A stretch of DNA of 63,455 nucleotides, counting the filler, from Bipalium vagum (lineage: Eukaryota), in the NCBI GenBank assembly GCA_037834085.1. It is 3 parts of 3 records of this genome, joined end to end, with 100 filler letters (N's around TTAATTAATTAA, not from the genome) between each part and the next. Parts side by side here need not be neighbours in the genome. Positions count along the whole stretch, not along the records: positions 1 to 30,304 come from JBBMKC010000009.1; 2 more parts are not named here. One strand, 5' to 3'. The notes under the pieces were generated by a model, which was not told the origin of the DNA, did not search any database, and worked only from the letters and a program-made list of their open reading frames with translations. Of this stretch, positions 1 through 21,975 are shown piece after piece (positions within the stretch are counted from its first letter, which is position 1; each line of letters opens with the position of its first letter). A program made the translations under genes and the position numbers.

Positions 1-94
1 TCAAGCCGATAACAAATAAACAACAATTAAAGTTGGCAATTTCATTACCTACAAATTTCATACTACAAAACCTGATATATCCATTTATTTAAAT

Positions 95-902
95 GTAAAA
101 TGTCTAAATAAAATTCAAGAAAAGATTACAAAGAAGGCAAAAGTGTTCAAATTAACATACGGACAAGGGTTTGAGTCAACAGAGACGGTTAAAAGATAAT
201 TTCTAAAATTCAAAGATCAGACTTTTCAACCTTTATCATAATACTGGTTCTGGACGCCCATGTGGTTATGATGATCCTATTCTGAATATTTCAGAATGGG
301 CAGAAGTTATCCAAATACCACAGAGAACTATTCACAGATATTATACAAGAACTGGGAATCGTCAACTACTACGATATTTGGATTCCTGACAACTTATCAG
401 AAAGGGATCAAATATGTTGAGTATCGTCCTGCAATTCTTGTTGAAAGAAATGAGTATCTTACTTATTTAAAGCAAAATATAGCGAAAAGGGAGAAATAAT
501 TCAAATATGACATTGTCACGAGAAGATATTGTTTTCAGATAACAGATTTTAAACTGAATATCGAAACAAAATTGATGGGTGTTGTCTTACGTCATGATAA
601 TGCCAGACCAGATGTTTCAAGGATTATGCTCAAAAAAATCTGGGATATGGCTTGGATCTTATAACTCAACAACCATACCAACCTGACCCAGTTCCTTCAG
701 ATTACCATTTATTCTTATCCTTCCAAAATTCATTCGAGGTCATCAAAAAGCACTTGGATGACTTCTCTACCATAGAGGGATTTTTCAATTACCAGACCGA
801 TAGTGAAGAGTAATTAAACATAACGAAAAATATTTTGTTAAATTAAATTGTTAAAAACTGTTGATTTCTTTGATTTTGTTGGTCTTTCCAGATGACCTAA
901 TA
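95..902 (+). mobile_element. Decayed mariner transposon
   Basis: Interrupted frames give SGRP, WIPDNL (WVPHEL-like), HDNARP, PYQPDPVPSDYHLF (YSPDLAPSDYHLF-like); TIR-like end ...TTTCCAGATGACCTAATA at about 885-902. Confidence 0.85.
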
Positions 903-2400
903 CTTATTAAACAAGGTCTTTTGTATATTCTTATAGATAAACTTCATTCTTCAGAAACCCATTCGTTTGTCTTTTCTGGAATTTGATGATAATGTATTTG
1001 TATGAATAGTATCACTCGTATTATTGTTTAACGAATAATTACCTATTATACCATGCTTGTAAATCTTGTATATTACCTTAATTTTAATTTTTTACTAAAT
1101 AATAAAAGTGAACTTTCTTGCCGAAATGGAATAGATAAAACATAACGGTAAAAAAGTTTGGAAGTATTCTTTAAAAGTTTGAGAAAAAATCCGAAAACTG
1201 ACCAACCCCTTCCGTTTGGAGTTTTAAGACAGAGTGTCGCCAGTTATAAAATTATATAACAAAATCATTAAAAATGTTATTTCAATAAATCTTTCTGATT
1301 TTACATTTTTATGGGAAATTTTATCATGAAGTTGTGAAAAATATACGGTGTGATCTCCATGAAATCATAACATTGAACGTGGGGAGTTTTGAATAATGAA
1401 AAATGGAAAGGGTTTCTAATCCAAAACTTTAAATGTAGGCAATTGAATGCAATTATCACAAGTAATGGTTTCGCTTGTGTTTCACATTATTTTTTTCGTG
1501 CTTGTTGAAGGACTATTTCATTTTTCTGTTAAGTTATTTTATTTTTATCGTGACAGTTTAATTTTCTCTAAGGGAGATCTAACACATGTAATTATTAATT
1601 AGACGATTAACCTCCATCATAGTCAACCGTCCCGAGAGCACCTTACGTGTATAGGTCAATGTGAGAATGCCTTTATTTCTGATAGGAACACACAAATCCC
1701 ATTCGTTGGGCATGGTGTGATTCCTTAAAAATGATCATAATGTCTTTCGTATATTTTTCAACTTCCGATAGCTTTTCCAATTATGACTTATCTTTTTTAC
1801 TGCAGTGATAATGAAATTTTTCCCCTTCATATAGCAATCCTGCTGGTTGTTAATGGGTTTTGGTGTGATTTACTTATCCGATCATCTTGTAAGTGATCCT
1901 TGTGGTGATCGAAAATGCGACAACAATATTATAACAGAAAATTCTTAAATTTGTTCATAAATTATATAAATTTTTTTTATCCAACATTCAGAAATGATTT
2001 AGACCACTTCCTAAGAGAAACTGACATACATTATTAATGTATTCCTTGTATGATCGCAAGAAATGCATATACAAGAGGAAATTCTACAAATAATTCAATG
2101 CTTAAATTATATCAATTAATTAATTAATATAACAAAAATAATAAAACATTTATAATCACTTTTTTAGTTAATTCAATGTTGCAATTAATTAACATATTTT
2201 GGGAATTTTCACAATTAAGCTTATAAAATAATAATAGAATTAAATAATCGTCAAATTAAAGCTAAGAATATTGAGGAAAATATTTTTATTTATAATTAAT
2301 AATTAGAGTGACAAATTTAACAATATTCTAAAATGTTTAATTATACCTTACACCTCCTGGCATTGATGACCATCTCTATAAAACTTTTACAGAAAATTAT

Positions 2401-2600
2401 ATATTTTATTATTATTATTATTTATTATTATTATATTAAATATTATTATTATATGAAAATATTATTATTATTATATTAAAATATTATTATTATATATTAC
2501 TATATTAAATGTTATTATTATATTTTATTATATTAAAATATTATTATTATATTTTATTATATTAAAATATTATTATTATTATTATATATTATATATAAAT
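2401..2600. repeat. AT-only minisatellite (about 19-nt TATTATTATTATATTAAAA units)
   Basis: Degenerate tandem units read directly. Confidence 0.8.
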
Positions 2601-3885
2601 GATGTACTTTGAATATATTTCTTAATTTCGATAATTAATATGAAAAAAAGTGTTTCAAAAAAATTATTTACATTATTAATGGAAATCATATAAATAATAA
2701 GGAAATAAAAAATATTTTTCCACTCATTAATATCATTATGACAGGTTGCTGTCAAATAAGGAAATTATAATGACATTTGTCATGTTAACAATGATATTTT
2801 TATGGAGATAAAACACAAAGCTATTCTGATGTTTGGATAGCGGATACCTGAGGAGAGCTATGGTAGGTTGATAGTGATTGTTTAGCATAATGATTTATTG
2901 GTTGTTGATAAGTAAACAAGCGCATTTGACAATCAAGTCATGACTGTTAGTTATGATGAAGATTCTTTACAAATCGACTTCATTTCAATATTTTATGAAA
3001 ATATCTCCACATTCTTAAATCAATGAGGTCGGCATGTTTATGGATGATGATTTATATGATTGTATAGTTTAATGATGGTATTAATTATTAAATTGACAAT
3101 CTGTTTACTTTATCCGAATAAATTGATTTGGAGTTCGATAAATTTCGGTAAACAATTATTAGATGAATAATTAATTTCAAGGATTTATAGATCAATGATA
3201 TTGTAATCTACCATTTCAAGTACAGGTAAACATTACAGATATTATTGATAATTATAATCATCTTAATATTATTAAATTACATTTATTAATTTATATCTGA
3301 CGGAAATGTGATTCGACAAAATTAATTGTTAATTTAATGAAATTGATATCAATTATTAATTAATATTTTTTCCAAGATTGTTTGGGTTATTTCCTGATTA
3401 ATTTGAAATTAATTTCTGCCTAATTTTTATTCTGTTGATTATTATTAAAAATTAATTTAATTTCTGATAAAAAATTTATTTATTTTTATTTATTAATTTA
3501 AGGTGTTTTTTTGAAGAAATATATTGTTATGGTTATTATTATTAATTATTTCCAATAATTTAAATAATAAAATTATTTTATGCATTATATTGTTTAAAAT
3601 CATTGAAAACTATTTGTTTTTTATCCGATGTTATGATGTAAAGATATAATTTTTTATAAATCATTTATTATTAAAGTTTATTAGCATTCTGTAAGACCTC
3701 TTTCTGCCATCCACAGGAAACCTGTCAAAAAAACTTTTTCTTCGTAAGTGAAGCAAAATTCAAAGTAGCCTGCATGTGAGGAGTCAATCTCGATAAACTG
3801 AACAAAAAAATCAATTCCTGACTTAAACAAATTGTTATATTTCTTTCGTGTTACAATAACAAGACTAATAACAATAATAAAAAGT

Positions 3886-4185
3886 TTATTTTTGAAAAAA
3901 ATCATAAATTGTGGTTTGCTTTCTTGGTTTACTTAATAAATTCATCACAAATTTATCAAATCAATGAGTTTATTAATCTTCCGATAGATTCTGCACACCA
4001 AGCCTTATGGTCTATGCCAGGAGACCAAACAGTTTCTTCTATTTCATCTTCGCTAGATGAGTCAGGTTCAGTTTGAGTAAAAATCTGACAAATTTCAGAA
4101 ATTTTTAGGTCTGCTGTTGTCTGAATGTTTTCACCACCCAGCTCTGAAAATCCTCTAGCGTCAAATCAAACGATTCATTAGACAT
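3886..4185 (-). mobile_element. pogo/Tigger-like transposase C-terminal remnant
   Basis: Acidic segment ENIQTTADLKISEICQIF...SSEDEIEE, then a terminal PIP-box RKQTTIYDFFQK* (stop 3888-3886), typical of pogo-family transposase tails; frameshifted. Confidence 0.6.
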
Positions 4186-4959
4186 GCACTCTATTTCTTT
4201 CTCAAATATAAACAAAAATAAATTCCGCTTACAAAAATAATTCTTCATGAATGTTTTAAAAAATTTCTGGGATGTATAGTAAAGGTAATTAATGTGAATA
4301 AATGATTATTATCTGTGTGTATGACATATTGCGGAAAAATTTTAGCTTCCAAGCCAGCACTTTTATCGGTAAAAAGAGTTTTGATTGTTTGAAGTAAACA
4401 ATTTTATTTTTTACGGAAAAAATTTTCAAAAAAGATGACTTTATTATCACGGAAAAGGACAAAAAACTTCTCAGAAATAAATTTATATGGAATCTTTATT
4501 ATCAGAATACAAAACGGAAATCAATTGGTGACTTTTAAGCAAAATTAGGACTAAAATATAAAAGAAATTAATAAGAAGAAATCGGAATTTACGAAACGAA
4601 AGATCTTTAGAACGAATTTTATTAAATCTCCGCGAAAAATGTTCTTAAAAAATTGTTATAAAAATACTAAATGTGGTTAATTATTATGTTTAATGAAGCT
4701 TTTCTCAGTTTTTAATAAAATCTTTTTAACAAAAAGTTTGAACGAGAAAAAATAAAAGCAATTTTTTTAATTAATAAATTATTAATTCCTTGACGCATAT
4801 TAAGAATTTATATTTATTAAATATAATATATTATATGTATTATGTGTTTACATTAAAGTAAAAATAATGACATTCATTACTTTTATATGGAAATTTTTAT
4901 TTTAAATTAATATAATTATTAATCTTAGAACCATTATTAAGTATCCCGTAGATGTTCCA

Positions 4960-5480
4960 CTAAATAGACAGTAAAACTTTTTTGTATGAATATTTGGTTT
5001 GACGACTGATACTGGTCGTTCTTTAGCAGACAAACATTGACATTTGAGCTTTGGATTATCATAGAGGATACATTTCTCATCCCGGTTATGATTCGGTGCC
5101 AAAACGACTCCATTTGTTGTCTACTTAGCAATGAATTACAGATCTTTTTACGCTGTATTTTATTGGAATTTGAAAAAAGATGTGCAACTCAAACTCCCTC
5201 TCTCAAGACTTTTCCCATTTCTTTTAAATGATCATATACGGTTGATTTCGGTGCTCCAATGGCTTCTGCAATTTCCTCAAGGATTTGTCGTGGATCTGAT
5301 CCCACTATCGATTTTAAGGCGTCGAAATCTGTGGTAGATGGTCTACCAGATCTTGGGTCATCTTTGAGATCTATATTTCCATTTTAAAAATTTAAAAACT
5401 ATCGCTAAACTTTACGCATATCTAGGGAATTAGAATAGAGTGCATTCATATTTCCAGTAGCCACTGTTGCACTAATATTT
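4960..5480 (-). mobile_element. Decayed mariner transposase (N-terminal half)
   Basis: DLKDDPRSGRPSTTDFDALKSIV...EEIAEAIGAPKSTVYDHLKEMG; FWHRIITG/DEKCILYDNPK (TGDEKW motif) with frameshift. Confidence 0.9.
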
Positions 5481-8400
5481 TCTTCATAAATTCAAATAAT
5501 ATGCAATTCCGGAGATGGTCTTCTATTGGTTTATTGTCAGACATTTTTTTCAGTAAACGATCTAGAAAAATGATTTCCGACATCAATCAACTATAATATA
5601 TGTCCTTTAATTTAAAATAAAAATCTGTTCAAATACTCAAAGGGAAATTATATACTATTAGGTTGTTCAAAAACTAATGTCGTTTTTTAATATAGAACTT
5701 TGATTGATTAAAATAAAATAAATAAAATAATTGATTAAAAATTTATTTTAAAGAGAAGACATTACTTTTCGGAAAACCTAATAATAATATTCAATATCGA
5801 AAATATTTGTAAACTTATGAGACCTAAAAAAAATTTAAAATCTAAAATATTTTTAAATTTATCATAAAAAAAGTAAATAAATAAAAGAAAAATATATTGA
5901 AATAGTGAAAAAGATAATAATTTTATCCCTTTTTCAAGAAACATCTCGTAGAATTGTATAGAAATATAAATCTAAGTCGAATATGAAAAAATGAACTATT
6001 TCCTTTTTATTTATTTCTTATAACTAAGAGAAACCCTTTTTAAAAAGCATTTATAACTATTATTACTAACACTACGAAGGATGAAGACATATAAACAATT
6101 AATTGTTTTAATTAATAAATTTTAAAAATTGGATCTTGTTAAGGTATTATGTACTATGTATTACAATACAACGTCCGGAGTAATACAGTTGTAGTGTTTT
6201 TATAATTGGAATTATTCTTTTATAAACAATGTCATTTAAATTTTTCAAAATCTTTAAGAAAATGAACTTATTCATATCATTATCTATCACATAAGAGTTC
6301 AATTCACTGGAGAACTGCAAATAAGTACGCATGCAGAAAGACTTAGCTTTTATATCTAACAAAACTAGATGCATCTACCATCAAACTCTTGGTAAAATAG
6401 AATGTTCAGTTAACGCTTGTCAAGTTCAAAAAGCATTGAATATATAGGGCACTATAAAAGCAGGTAATTACAAAGGGGTGTACTAATATTCTATTGTAAA
6501 TAGTATATCCTTTTGTAAATTGGACTAGTATTATATTCTTAATAACAGAACAACCACTATTTCAAATAAAAAAACCTTTCGAGGACTTTTCATTAATTTG
6601 AACAAGCGGTTTATTACTGTTTTTTTTAATGTAGTTCTATACAGATCCCACGCGATGATTCTGGTCCCTTATATATTTATATAAATTTAATTTTTTTCTA
6701 TTATTTCCTTCTTATTTTATTAATAAAAAGGTGAAATAATTATGTCATAGTTAAAGAAATTATTATTCAACCATTTTGTTAAGTAATTTTTCGATCAAGA
6801 ACCTTATGAATAAAGAAGATATTGTTTATTTTATGAAGGGTTTTGCCAACTAACGAAGAATAATGTTTAAATGCGTGAGATAATAAGCTGCCTTCGTTAA
6901 CTTGGACTAGGGTTTGTGGATATAGATATTGCTTTGATTTGAGAAGGATTAAAATTATAAGTATTATGATTACGAGAATTATCTTATATTGTTTATCGAA
7001 TTTAAAAGGGTGCATAATATTTGATAATGTTTTAAGGGTGTCATTATGACATAAAGTGTGTTTAAAGTAAACATACGATTCAAAGATCCACAACATACAT
7101 GTATAATGAAATCAAAATCACTTTCATGATCAACATTAATTATCAAAATAGCAAAGATTACAGTTTATCTTTTTATCAAGAATATATTTTCATTAAATTT
7201 TTTCATTTCAATTATTATTATTTTGAAAATTAATATTTTGATAGAATTTTTGAAAATAGTGCCTGAGTAAGACTTGAAGGCACCTATAATAAAGGAAATG
7301 TGTATTTGATTGATATTAAGGTTAATTATAAAATATAAGTGTTTTGATATTCTTCACGAAGAGTGCAGAATATGGTAGATTTATAGGAAGATTGAATAAC
7401 ATGAATAAAGATTGATCATATAATTATGTATAAGGAGGTTAATAGAAATAGGGTTATGATAGCTATGGTACTATAAAAATAAGGAATAAATTTGCGTAAC
7501 ATTGAATTATTCGTTACATTAAAAGGATAACCCAAATCAATAAATATGAATAGGACTGCGTAATTTCTTAATTAAAATTTCTTTTAATCGAAGACAACAT
7601 ATATAAAAATGAAAATTACGTTAGTTTTATTTATTTTCCTTCGAAACAATTTCAGTTATATTAATTCAAAAAATACTTCAGTATTGATGGATGAACTATT
7701 ACATTCAATTATACATAAAATTATAAATAATTCAGGTTAATTTTATGATGTACTGCACACATTTTGTCCGTTTAATTCCTTTTTAAAATAAACGTATGAT
7801 TCTAGAACTTTATTTATGTAAACAAAAGTTTAAGTGTCAATAGCTTCAGACAAGTGGATCCAATAAGTCTAGGATAACATCTAAATCTCTGAAATAATTG
7901 AATTTAGTAGTGGATGTCCAATCTTCATCTGAGTTCTAACTTAATATCAAAGATTATTATCTATGTCCATATTTCTAAATCAAAATCGAATGATATTAAA
8001 ATAAAACTATTTATAAGAATTCAAATAATTAATTATTAAAAAAACTTAAATTTAAAAGGATTTTTATCTTAATTAAGTGAAAAATAAAATACCTCCTTGG
8101 TTCTATAGCACGATGTTATTTGAAATGACCTTTCTTTACTTTTTCTTTTTTCAGATTAGATTTTAATAGAACAAATAAAATAACTAATAAAAATCATATT
8201 TTAATTAAAAATCTTACATTACTTCATCTAACTAAATCAGAATACTAAAGATGTACAACAACCATTTTTATTAAGTTAATACTTAGACAGTTTTTATGGT
8301 ATTTTCAAAATACCTTAAATAGAAAAAAATTAAAAATTTACTAACCAAACATTTAATTGAATTTTATTAAAATAATTCAAAATACTAATTTTCATTAATA

Positions 8401-8727
8401 AATTTAACAGCTTTATTGTAAATTAATTAAAACTCACCTTAAATTTCTTTTACTTTATAGAGCATTTTTTAATAATTTGAATTTTTAATTTTTTAATTCA
8501 AGTCTTATTTTATATTTATAATTTATTATAATTATAAAATATAGTAATTATCATAAGTTTTCATTTAATTACTTTTAATTTTTATTAATTTTAATTCAGA
8601 ATGAAAATGTTTTTATATTATACATAGAGGCCGTTTGTTTTAATTGTTACATATAAATCAAATAAATTGAAAAAATATTTATTACTTGATTTTGACATGA
8701 TTTTGATTTTTAAATGATTTACTCGAA

Positions 8728-16062
<7,335 letters not shown>

Positions 16063-16345
16063 TGTGATCTCTCTCTCCATTCTTTGACGCTGTATGTTCT
16101 TGTTTCTTTCTCTCTGAGTGTGTGTGGTATGTGGTGCTTTCTGTACTTCTTTAATTTGCTTTTGACAGTTTTTTGGTCACAATAATCCATCTTAGATCCA
16201 ATCTTGACGACTTTTGGCTGTTGTGTAATGATAAAATAATATTCATCATTTCCGAGTCTTATTGATGTTGTCTTTTATTTTTATTATTATTATTAAGCAA
16301 TATTAAATAATAATATTATTAAATGTTATCTATTATTTTTTAAAA

Positions 16346-16350
<5 letters not shown>

Positions 16351-16429
<79 letters not shown>
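16351..16429. repeat. (TAT)n microsatellite downstream of AGAP
   Basis: Near-perfect trinucleotide run. Confidence 0.95.
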
Positions 16430-19356
16430 GATCAATTTTGTGTTTTACTATTAATAATTATTTCGTCTTTTATTGTTTCGATATTATTGGACTAATTTAA
16501 TTTTACGAAAATTAATTTTTTGTTAAAGGGTTGGAAGTTTTTATTGATTAATTTTTGTTATAAATTGATTATTTCTTCATTTTATATATTATTTTTATTA
16601 TTATTAATCAAAATAAATAAGATTGATTTTCTGTAGTCTTTTCCTAGTTGGAGGAAAGTTGATCAGTTTTAGTTGCGATCTGTGGCTTGTGGGAAATCGG
16701 GCAATGTTTTATTTTCATAGACCTCATTTTCTAATCAATTTCTGGTGTTGTATATAATCAATTGATCAGAGTTATCTATGACCGGTTTTGTTTTTTACTT
16801 TATTTGCGTTCCATTAAAGATTTCTGTTGTAAAAATTATTTCAATTTTCTATTCAGTTGCTGCCAATTGTGGCCAAATGATGCTGAATAATGTTTCCGAA
16901 AGACGAGTTTGATTGTAGAATGTGTCGGTTCTGTTTGTATTTCTTTCTTATATTGTTGCGCTGATTAAGATGATCCATTTATGTTTGATGCTAGGCAATC
17001 ACGCAGTTTATGATCTATGTATGATTTTTAATTGTTTTTTAAAGTTTTGGCGAATAGGTTAAAAGTACTTTAGAATGTATGATGTATGTTTTGTTTGAGA
17101 TGAAGCTGAAATAATTAAATTTAATAAATATCTACGAAAATAATAATTTTTAAAGGGAAAAAATTTCATATATATTTTATAAATTTTTATATATAAATCC
17201 ACTGAAACATTTATCAATTTTTATTGTTTATTTGTCGTATTGGTATTATTAGCATTAGTTTATTGTATAATATAAATATGTATAGCTAGTAAACATTTCA
17301 ATTTTTATATAGATTAGTTTATTATGATTAGTTAAAAATATAGTTTAGATTGAAAAGTATATTAAAAGTGATTAAGGTTCATTTTACTAGCTCATAAAAT
17401 TATTTTCATAAGTCTTTAAATATTAAATATGTTAATTCAGAATTGAAACAATCTTAATATAATGTGTTCAGAATTCTAATGATTTATTAAATTTGTTATA
17501 TTATTTCAATAAGTATCTCAAACCTGTTTTGTGGGCAACTCTACTGTATCAATTTAAATTGAAAAAAACTAAGTCACCACAGGATTTATAAAGCTGTTAG
17601 TGAACGAGCTCTATCAGTACATCAGTGTTAAAATTAGTTTAAACGATTTCCAGAGAGTAATGAAAATTTGGAAGATATTGAGCAAGACTATCGAACTTTT
17701 TCTGCGTATTTGAATTTTCTATAAAACCATGCAACGATTCAGGTTCGCGGCAATCAACTTGGGTACTTGAAAAAAGCTTTGGTTGCTTTTAGAGAACAAA
17801 CAACAATTTGCTTCGTATAAGGAAAATGTAAGTGTTGGCGTTTAAGTGAATGGAGCATGAAAATGTTATCTAACTCGTATGGATAGTGTGCTAATCACTC
17901 CTAATAATGAATGAAGACAAGACTTTATGTTTTAACTATTTTAAATGGTCAAAATGAAAATGGTTAATTAAAACAGAACATAACCTATACTTGGAAAAGT
18001 GTAGAGCTTGAAGAAAAACGAGTTAAGTTCATTGGATCGTGAGTTAAAGAAGTAACAAAAAAAAGATCAGGGCAGTTTTATTTTTTAGAAAGGCATGATA
18101 GGAAATAATATTTTCATTCTATAAATTAATTTCTCGAAAGTGAATATAATATATTCCCTTACCATGTAACTATCGAACTAGAATTTATATATTGTATTTA
18201 TAGTACGATAAAATAACTGGCCTTGTAATTATACTTTTTTTCTTCTCGTACACGTCAATTTTATTTTCTTTTAATTTTAATTCTTTATTTTTATACTATG
18301 TACACGTTGGTGCGTGTATTTTTTTAAAAAATATTATATTAATTTTATTTGTTTTCTAATTTTTGTTATCGTGATAATAATAATCATTTTATTATTATTG
18401 TTCAATATTCATTTTTCTTCTTTGATCGTTTGTGCTTAACAGATTAAAAACTGATCTCGATTATTATTGATTATTTTTATTATTCTCTCATTTTACATTT
18501 ATACTTCTCGAATATGTGGCGTGCTTATCACAACCAATATGACTCAATTCTACAATGATACAAAGGTTTGGAATTCTTAGCACTATTCATTTCACCTCTT
18601 TCATTGCATCTTAATTAAAATTTTCATTGTATTAGAATTTTGGTTAGTAATGATAAAGTAATTAAAAATACTTGAAATTATAAAGAATGTATCACATAAT
18701 TTGCAATAAATTATATTATCCTCAGTTCTTAAGAATTCCTAACTAAATTTCTGAACTATTTACTGTTTTTTCACACACTCAGATCTTGGATATTATGCTT
18801 TTTAAAATTTTCCTGCTATTATTAAAACAAATATCTTCATTTTAATGACTTGGATTTATTAACTTTTAAACAACATTAAAAATGTTGACTTTTAATTGAC
18901 GGTCAATTTTTTGCTTTTATTGATCTAAGGGTATTCTTTCGAAGACCAACCACATGGGCTGCTAGGCATGTGGAACTTATATTGTCAAAATTTGACCTTA
19001 TTTTATAAAAAAATCACAGATATGTTTAAAAAGCATGAGATAGATTGTTTATCCTCAGCACTAGTTTTCATCAGATTATTAATCCGTCTCCCGAATTATG
19101 ATGAGTTTCAGTCAGTATACACGATCTGTCAGAACATAGGCTGAAGAATTATGAAAACCTCAAAAAAGGATAAATAATTGGATTATAACAAAACCAGATT
19201 AGTTTTTTGATGGAATTCGGAAATATTTATAATATACTTTTGCTTTAACTGTTTTTTAATGCTATCGATTTTTTAAACCGTAACAACGGCTGATCAATAC
19301 ATGTACACATAATAATACTCTAGATTATAATTGAAATATTGTTAATATTTAAATAT

Positions 19357-19623
19357 CCGACTATTACTTATTCAGGTCAGTGCTCACTTTATACGCGGTA
19401 GACGCTTTGCAAATGATGATGAAGTTAGAAGTGGTTGCCAAGAATTCTTTAATTCTAAAGAAGCTGTTTGGTATGGGAAAGGCATAGGAATGTTGGCAGA
19501 ACGATGGATAAAGACCAAAGATTATGGAGGAATATACTTTGATGAATAAAATATTTTAAATTTGTTTTATTTATACAATAAATGATATATAAAAACCGAA
19601 CTTTTTATCTGGACACCCTAATA
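19357..19623 (+). mobile_element. Mariner 3' end with TIR
   Basis: SDYYLFRS..HFIRGRRFANDDEVRSGCQEFFNSKEAVWYGKGIGMLAERWIKTKDYGGIYFDE*, followed by AAAACCGAACTTTTTATCTGGACACCCTAATA. Confidence 0.9.
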
Positions 19624-20519
19624 TTAACTGATTCTGAGGTCTACTAAGTGAGTTGTATGTAAAAAATATTATTTAAGCAACGAAAATAAATAAATTAAGT
19701 AGTCTAAAACTCTTATTGAATCAGCAATCAAAGTAGAACAATCACGGTCAATCAAAATATTTCTCAGTAATTCATCAAAAAATATCAATGTCTTTCTCTT
19801 CATTTTTATCACAATGGTTCAAAAAATATTTTCAGTTACTACACAACTTCCTTGATAACAATGAAAATTAATGTTAATTTTTAATATTATAAATGTCCAA
19901 CTATATAACTTTTTGTTGACTTCGGTTCGGGTCTACAGGAGCACCAATCAACACTCAGAACTAGACAGGGATCCGAACACAATTCCTTATGGTCATCATA
20001 AGCTTACTTGAGTAGTGCCTTATCACTGTTGAGCGTCATCAAAATAATTTATCTCAAATAAATTTTAAAACTTAATAATATTATTATTATTAATAATTCA
20101 ATGAAATCTGTAATGTCATTGTTTTGGAAAATTATAGTAAGAAAAAATGTAATCTTTTTAATTTAAAATTTTTATGTGTCGAACTTTACGAATTAATGTT
20201 AGTAGTACATGAAAGATAAATATAGAATAATGACATCACAACTAACCTCAAATAAATGATACATTGTATTAATATTACAATATAGTAATAATATATATAG
20301 TAATAATACTATATAGTAATAATACAATATAGTTGAAACTCAAGCTGCCATATTTTTGGTACAAATTTTACTTGCACAGTAGCAAACTACTTCCCTCAAT
20401 ATGATTTTGATATGATTATCTGATTTTTGATGGAGATTTTATTGCTTTTTAATATAATTCTTTATTAAACATCTCTCATCGTCATAAATGCTAATATGAC
20501 CTCAGCAATATTGAGCATT

Positions 20520-20766
20520 TATGGTCGTTTTTAGAGATTCAAGTTAAAAGTCTATTACCGGCGCTATTGTATCTAAAAGAACTGGAGGATGTTTTAAAAG
20601 AAAAATGGGCTAAATTTCCTTTTGGAAACAATCACAATTTGTATGAATCAATACCTATGAGAATTAAGGCTGTAATTGCCGCATAAAGTGGATTTACAAC
20701 ATATTAAAATATATGTATTTTGTTTATTTTTTGAAGGTGTTTCCATTATTTTGTCCAACCCCTGTA
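20520..20766 (+). mobile_element. Tc1-like transposon 3' end with TIR
   Basis: KELEDVLKEKWAKFP...NLYESIPMRIKAVIAA*SGFTTY*, then GTTTCCATTATTTTGTCCAACCCCTG-TA. Confidence 0.85.
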
Positions 20767-20993
20767 TTTTCATTCTGATTTTTCTTCAGTTATTTTATCT
20801 AGTCTAAATAAAAGTTTTACAAAAATCAAATGAAAAACTCTAAATATAAAACGCGGTGTAAGACCTGTCCTTATGTAATTCGTCATTAAGTTAAGTACTA
20901 AAAGTAATAATAATAATACTATAGCAAAAGGAGAAACAAACCGAAATTTTATCATTACTCATATTTCAAAATAAATATTTTATTGAATACGTA

Positions 20994-21121
20994 NNNNNNN
21001 NNNNNNNNNNNNNNNNNNNNNNNNNNNNNNNNNNNNNNNNNNNNNNNNNNNNNNNNNNNNNNNNNNNNNNNNNNNNNNNNNNNNNNNNNNNNNNNNNNNN
21101 NNNNNNNNNNNNNNNNNNNNN
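20994..21121. other. Assembly gap (128 N)
   Basis: Run of N. Confidence 0.99.
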
Positions 21122-21647
21122 GGGAAGATAGAAGAATAAAGAGTAATAATACAGATAATAATATGAAGTGAAAGTTGGTTCAGTTCTTGAGAAGGAAATT
21201 ATAAAAATATAGAAGAATTAAAACAATATATGCACCATTAATTGCCATAATCTGTTTTCATCCATTTTACAAAAATATTCTTTTCCAGATGATTTTTAAG
21301 ATTTTTTCTTTTCTATCCAACCTATTTTTAAGGAAACGAAAAGATACTTATCAGAACTAACAATATGAGAAAAGTAATTATGACCTCCCACCAACATTGT
21401 GAATTTCTCTTACAATAAACTCAGTAATACGGAAACTTAAGTTATTATAATTACTGAATATAAAATGCATTATTTTTGACCATTGGTTTATTAATAACCG
21501 AAATAGATAATTATGTATTCTTTCTCAATTATAATATTTGCTTATAACTTTAAAATAAAAGGTATCATTTTTGTGGTTTATGTAAAATATTCGTTAAATA
21601 AAAGTTAAGAATAATGTTTAAGCAAAAAATCTTTTATATATGCCACT

Positions 21648-21911
21648 TTAAAATGCTCTTGACAATCTACGAAAGAAATTCATGAATAAGTTTCCTGGAG
21701 TGGATCTTTTATGTTTTATGGAATACTTGGTTTTTGAATCCTTTGCCTTGTTTAATTTTTTCTTGTGTCGACGAATTTTCGTGATAATTTGAACTAATAA
21801 ATTATCAACCATATGGTTTAAGACTGTAGAAACCTCGAAAAACTCTGCATCATAAATACTGGCGAGTCGTTTACCTTCTGTAATGTAATGAAAAAAAAAT
21901 CAAAAAAATCC

Positions 21912-21975
<64 letters not shown>

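Noticed and set aside
2840-2887. CTGAGGAGAGCTATGGTAGGTTGATA as a hammerhead core
   Set aside because: GAAA is replaced by GATA and stems I and II pair poorly; not supportable.
5762-7096. Hydrophobic F/I/L/K-rich ORFs of 60-105 aa here and at 15166, 22292, 29541, 32521 and 48741
   Set aside because: Expected by chance in very AT-rich DNA and ATT microsatellites. The 6779-7096 ORF has only a faint resemblance to a Penelope GIY-YIG tail, not enough to call.
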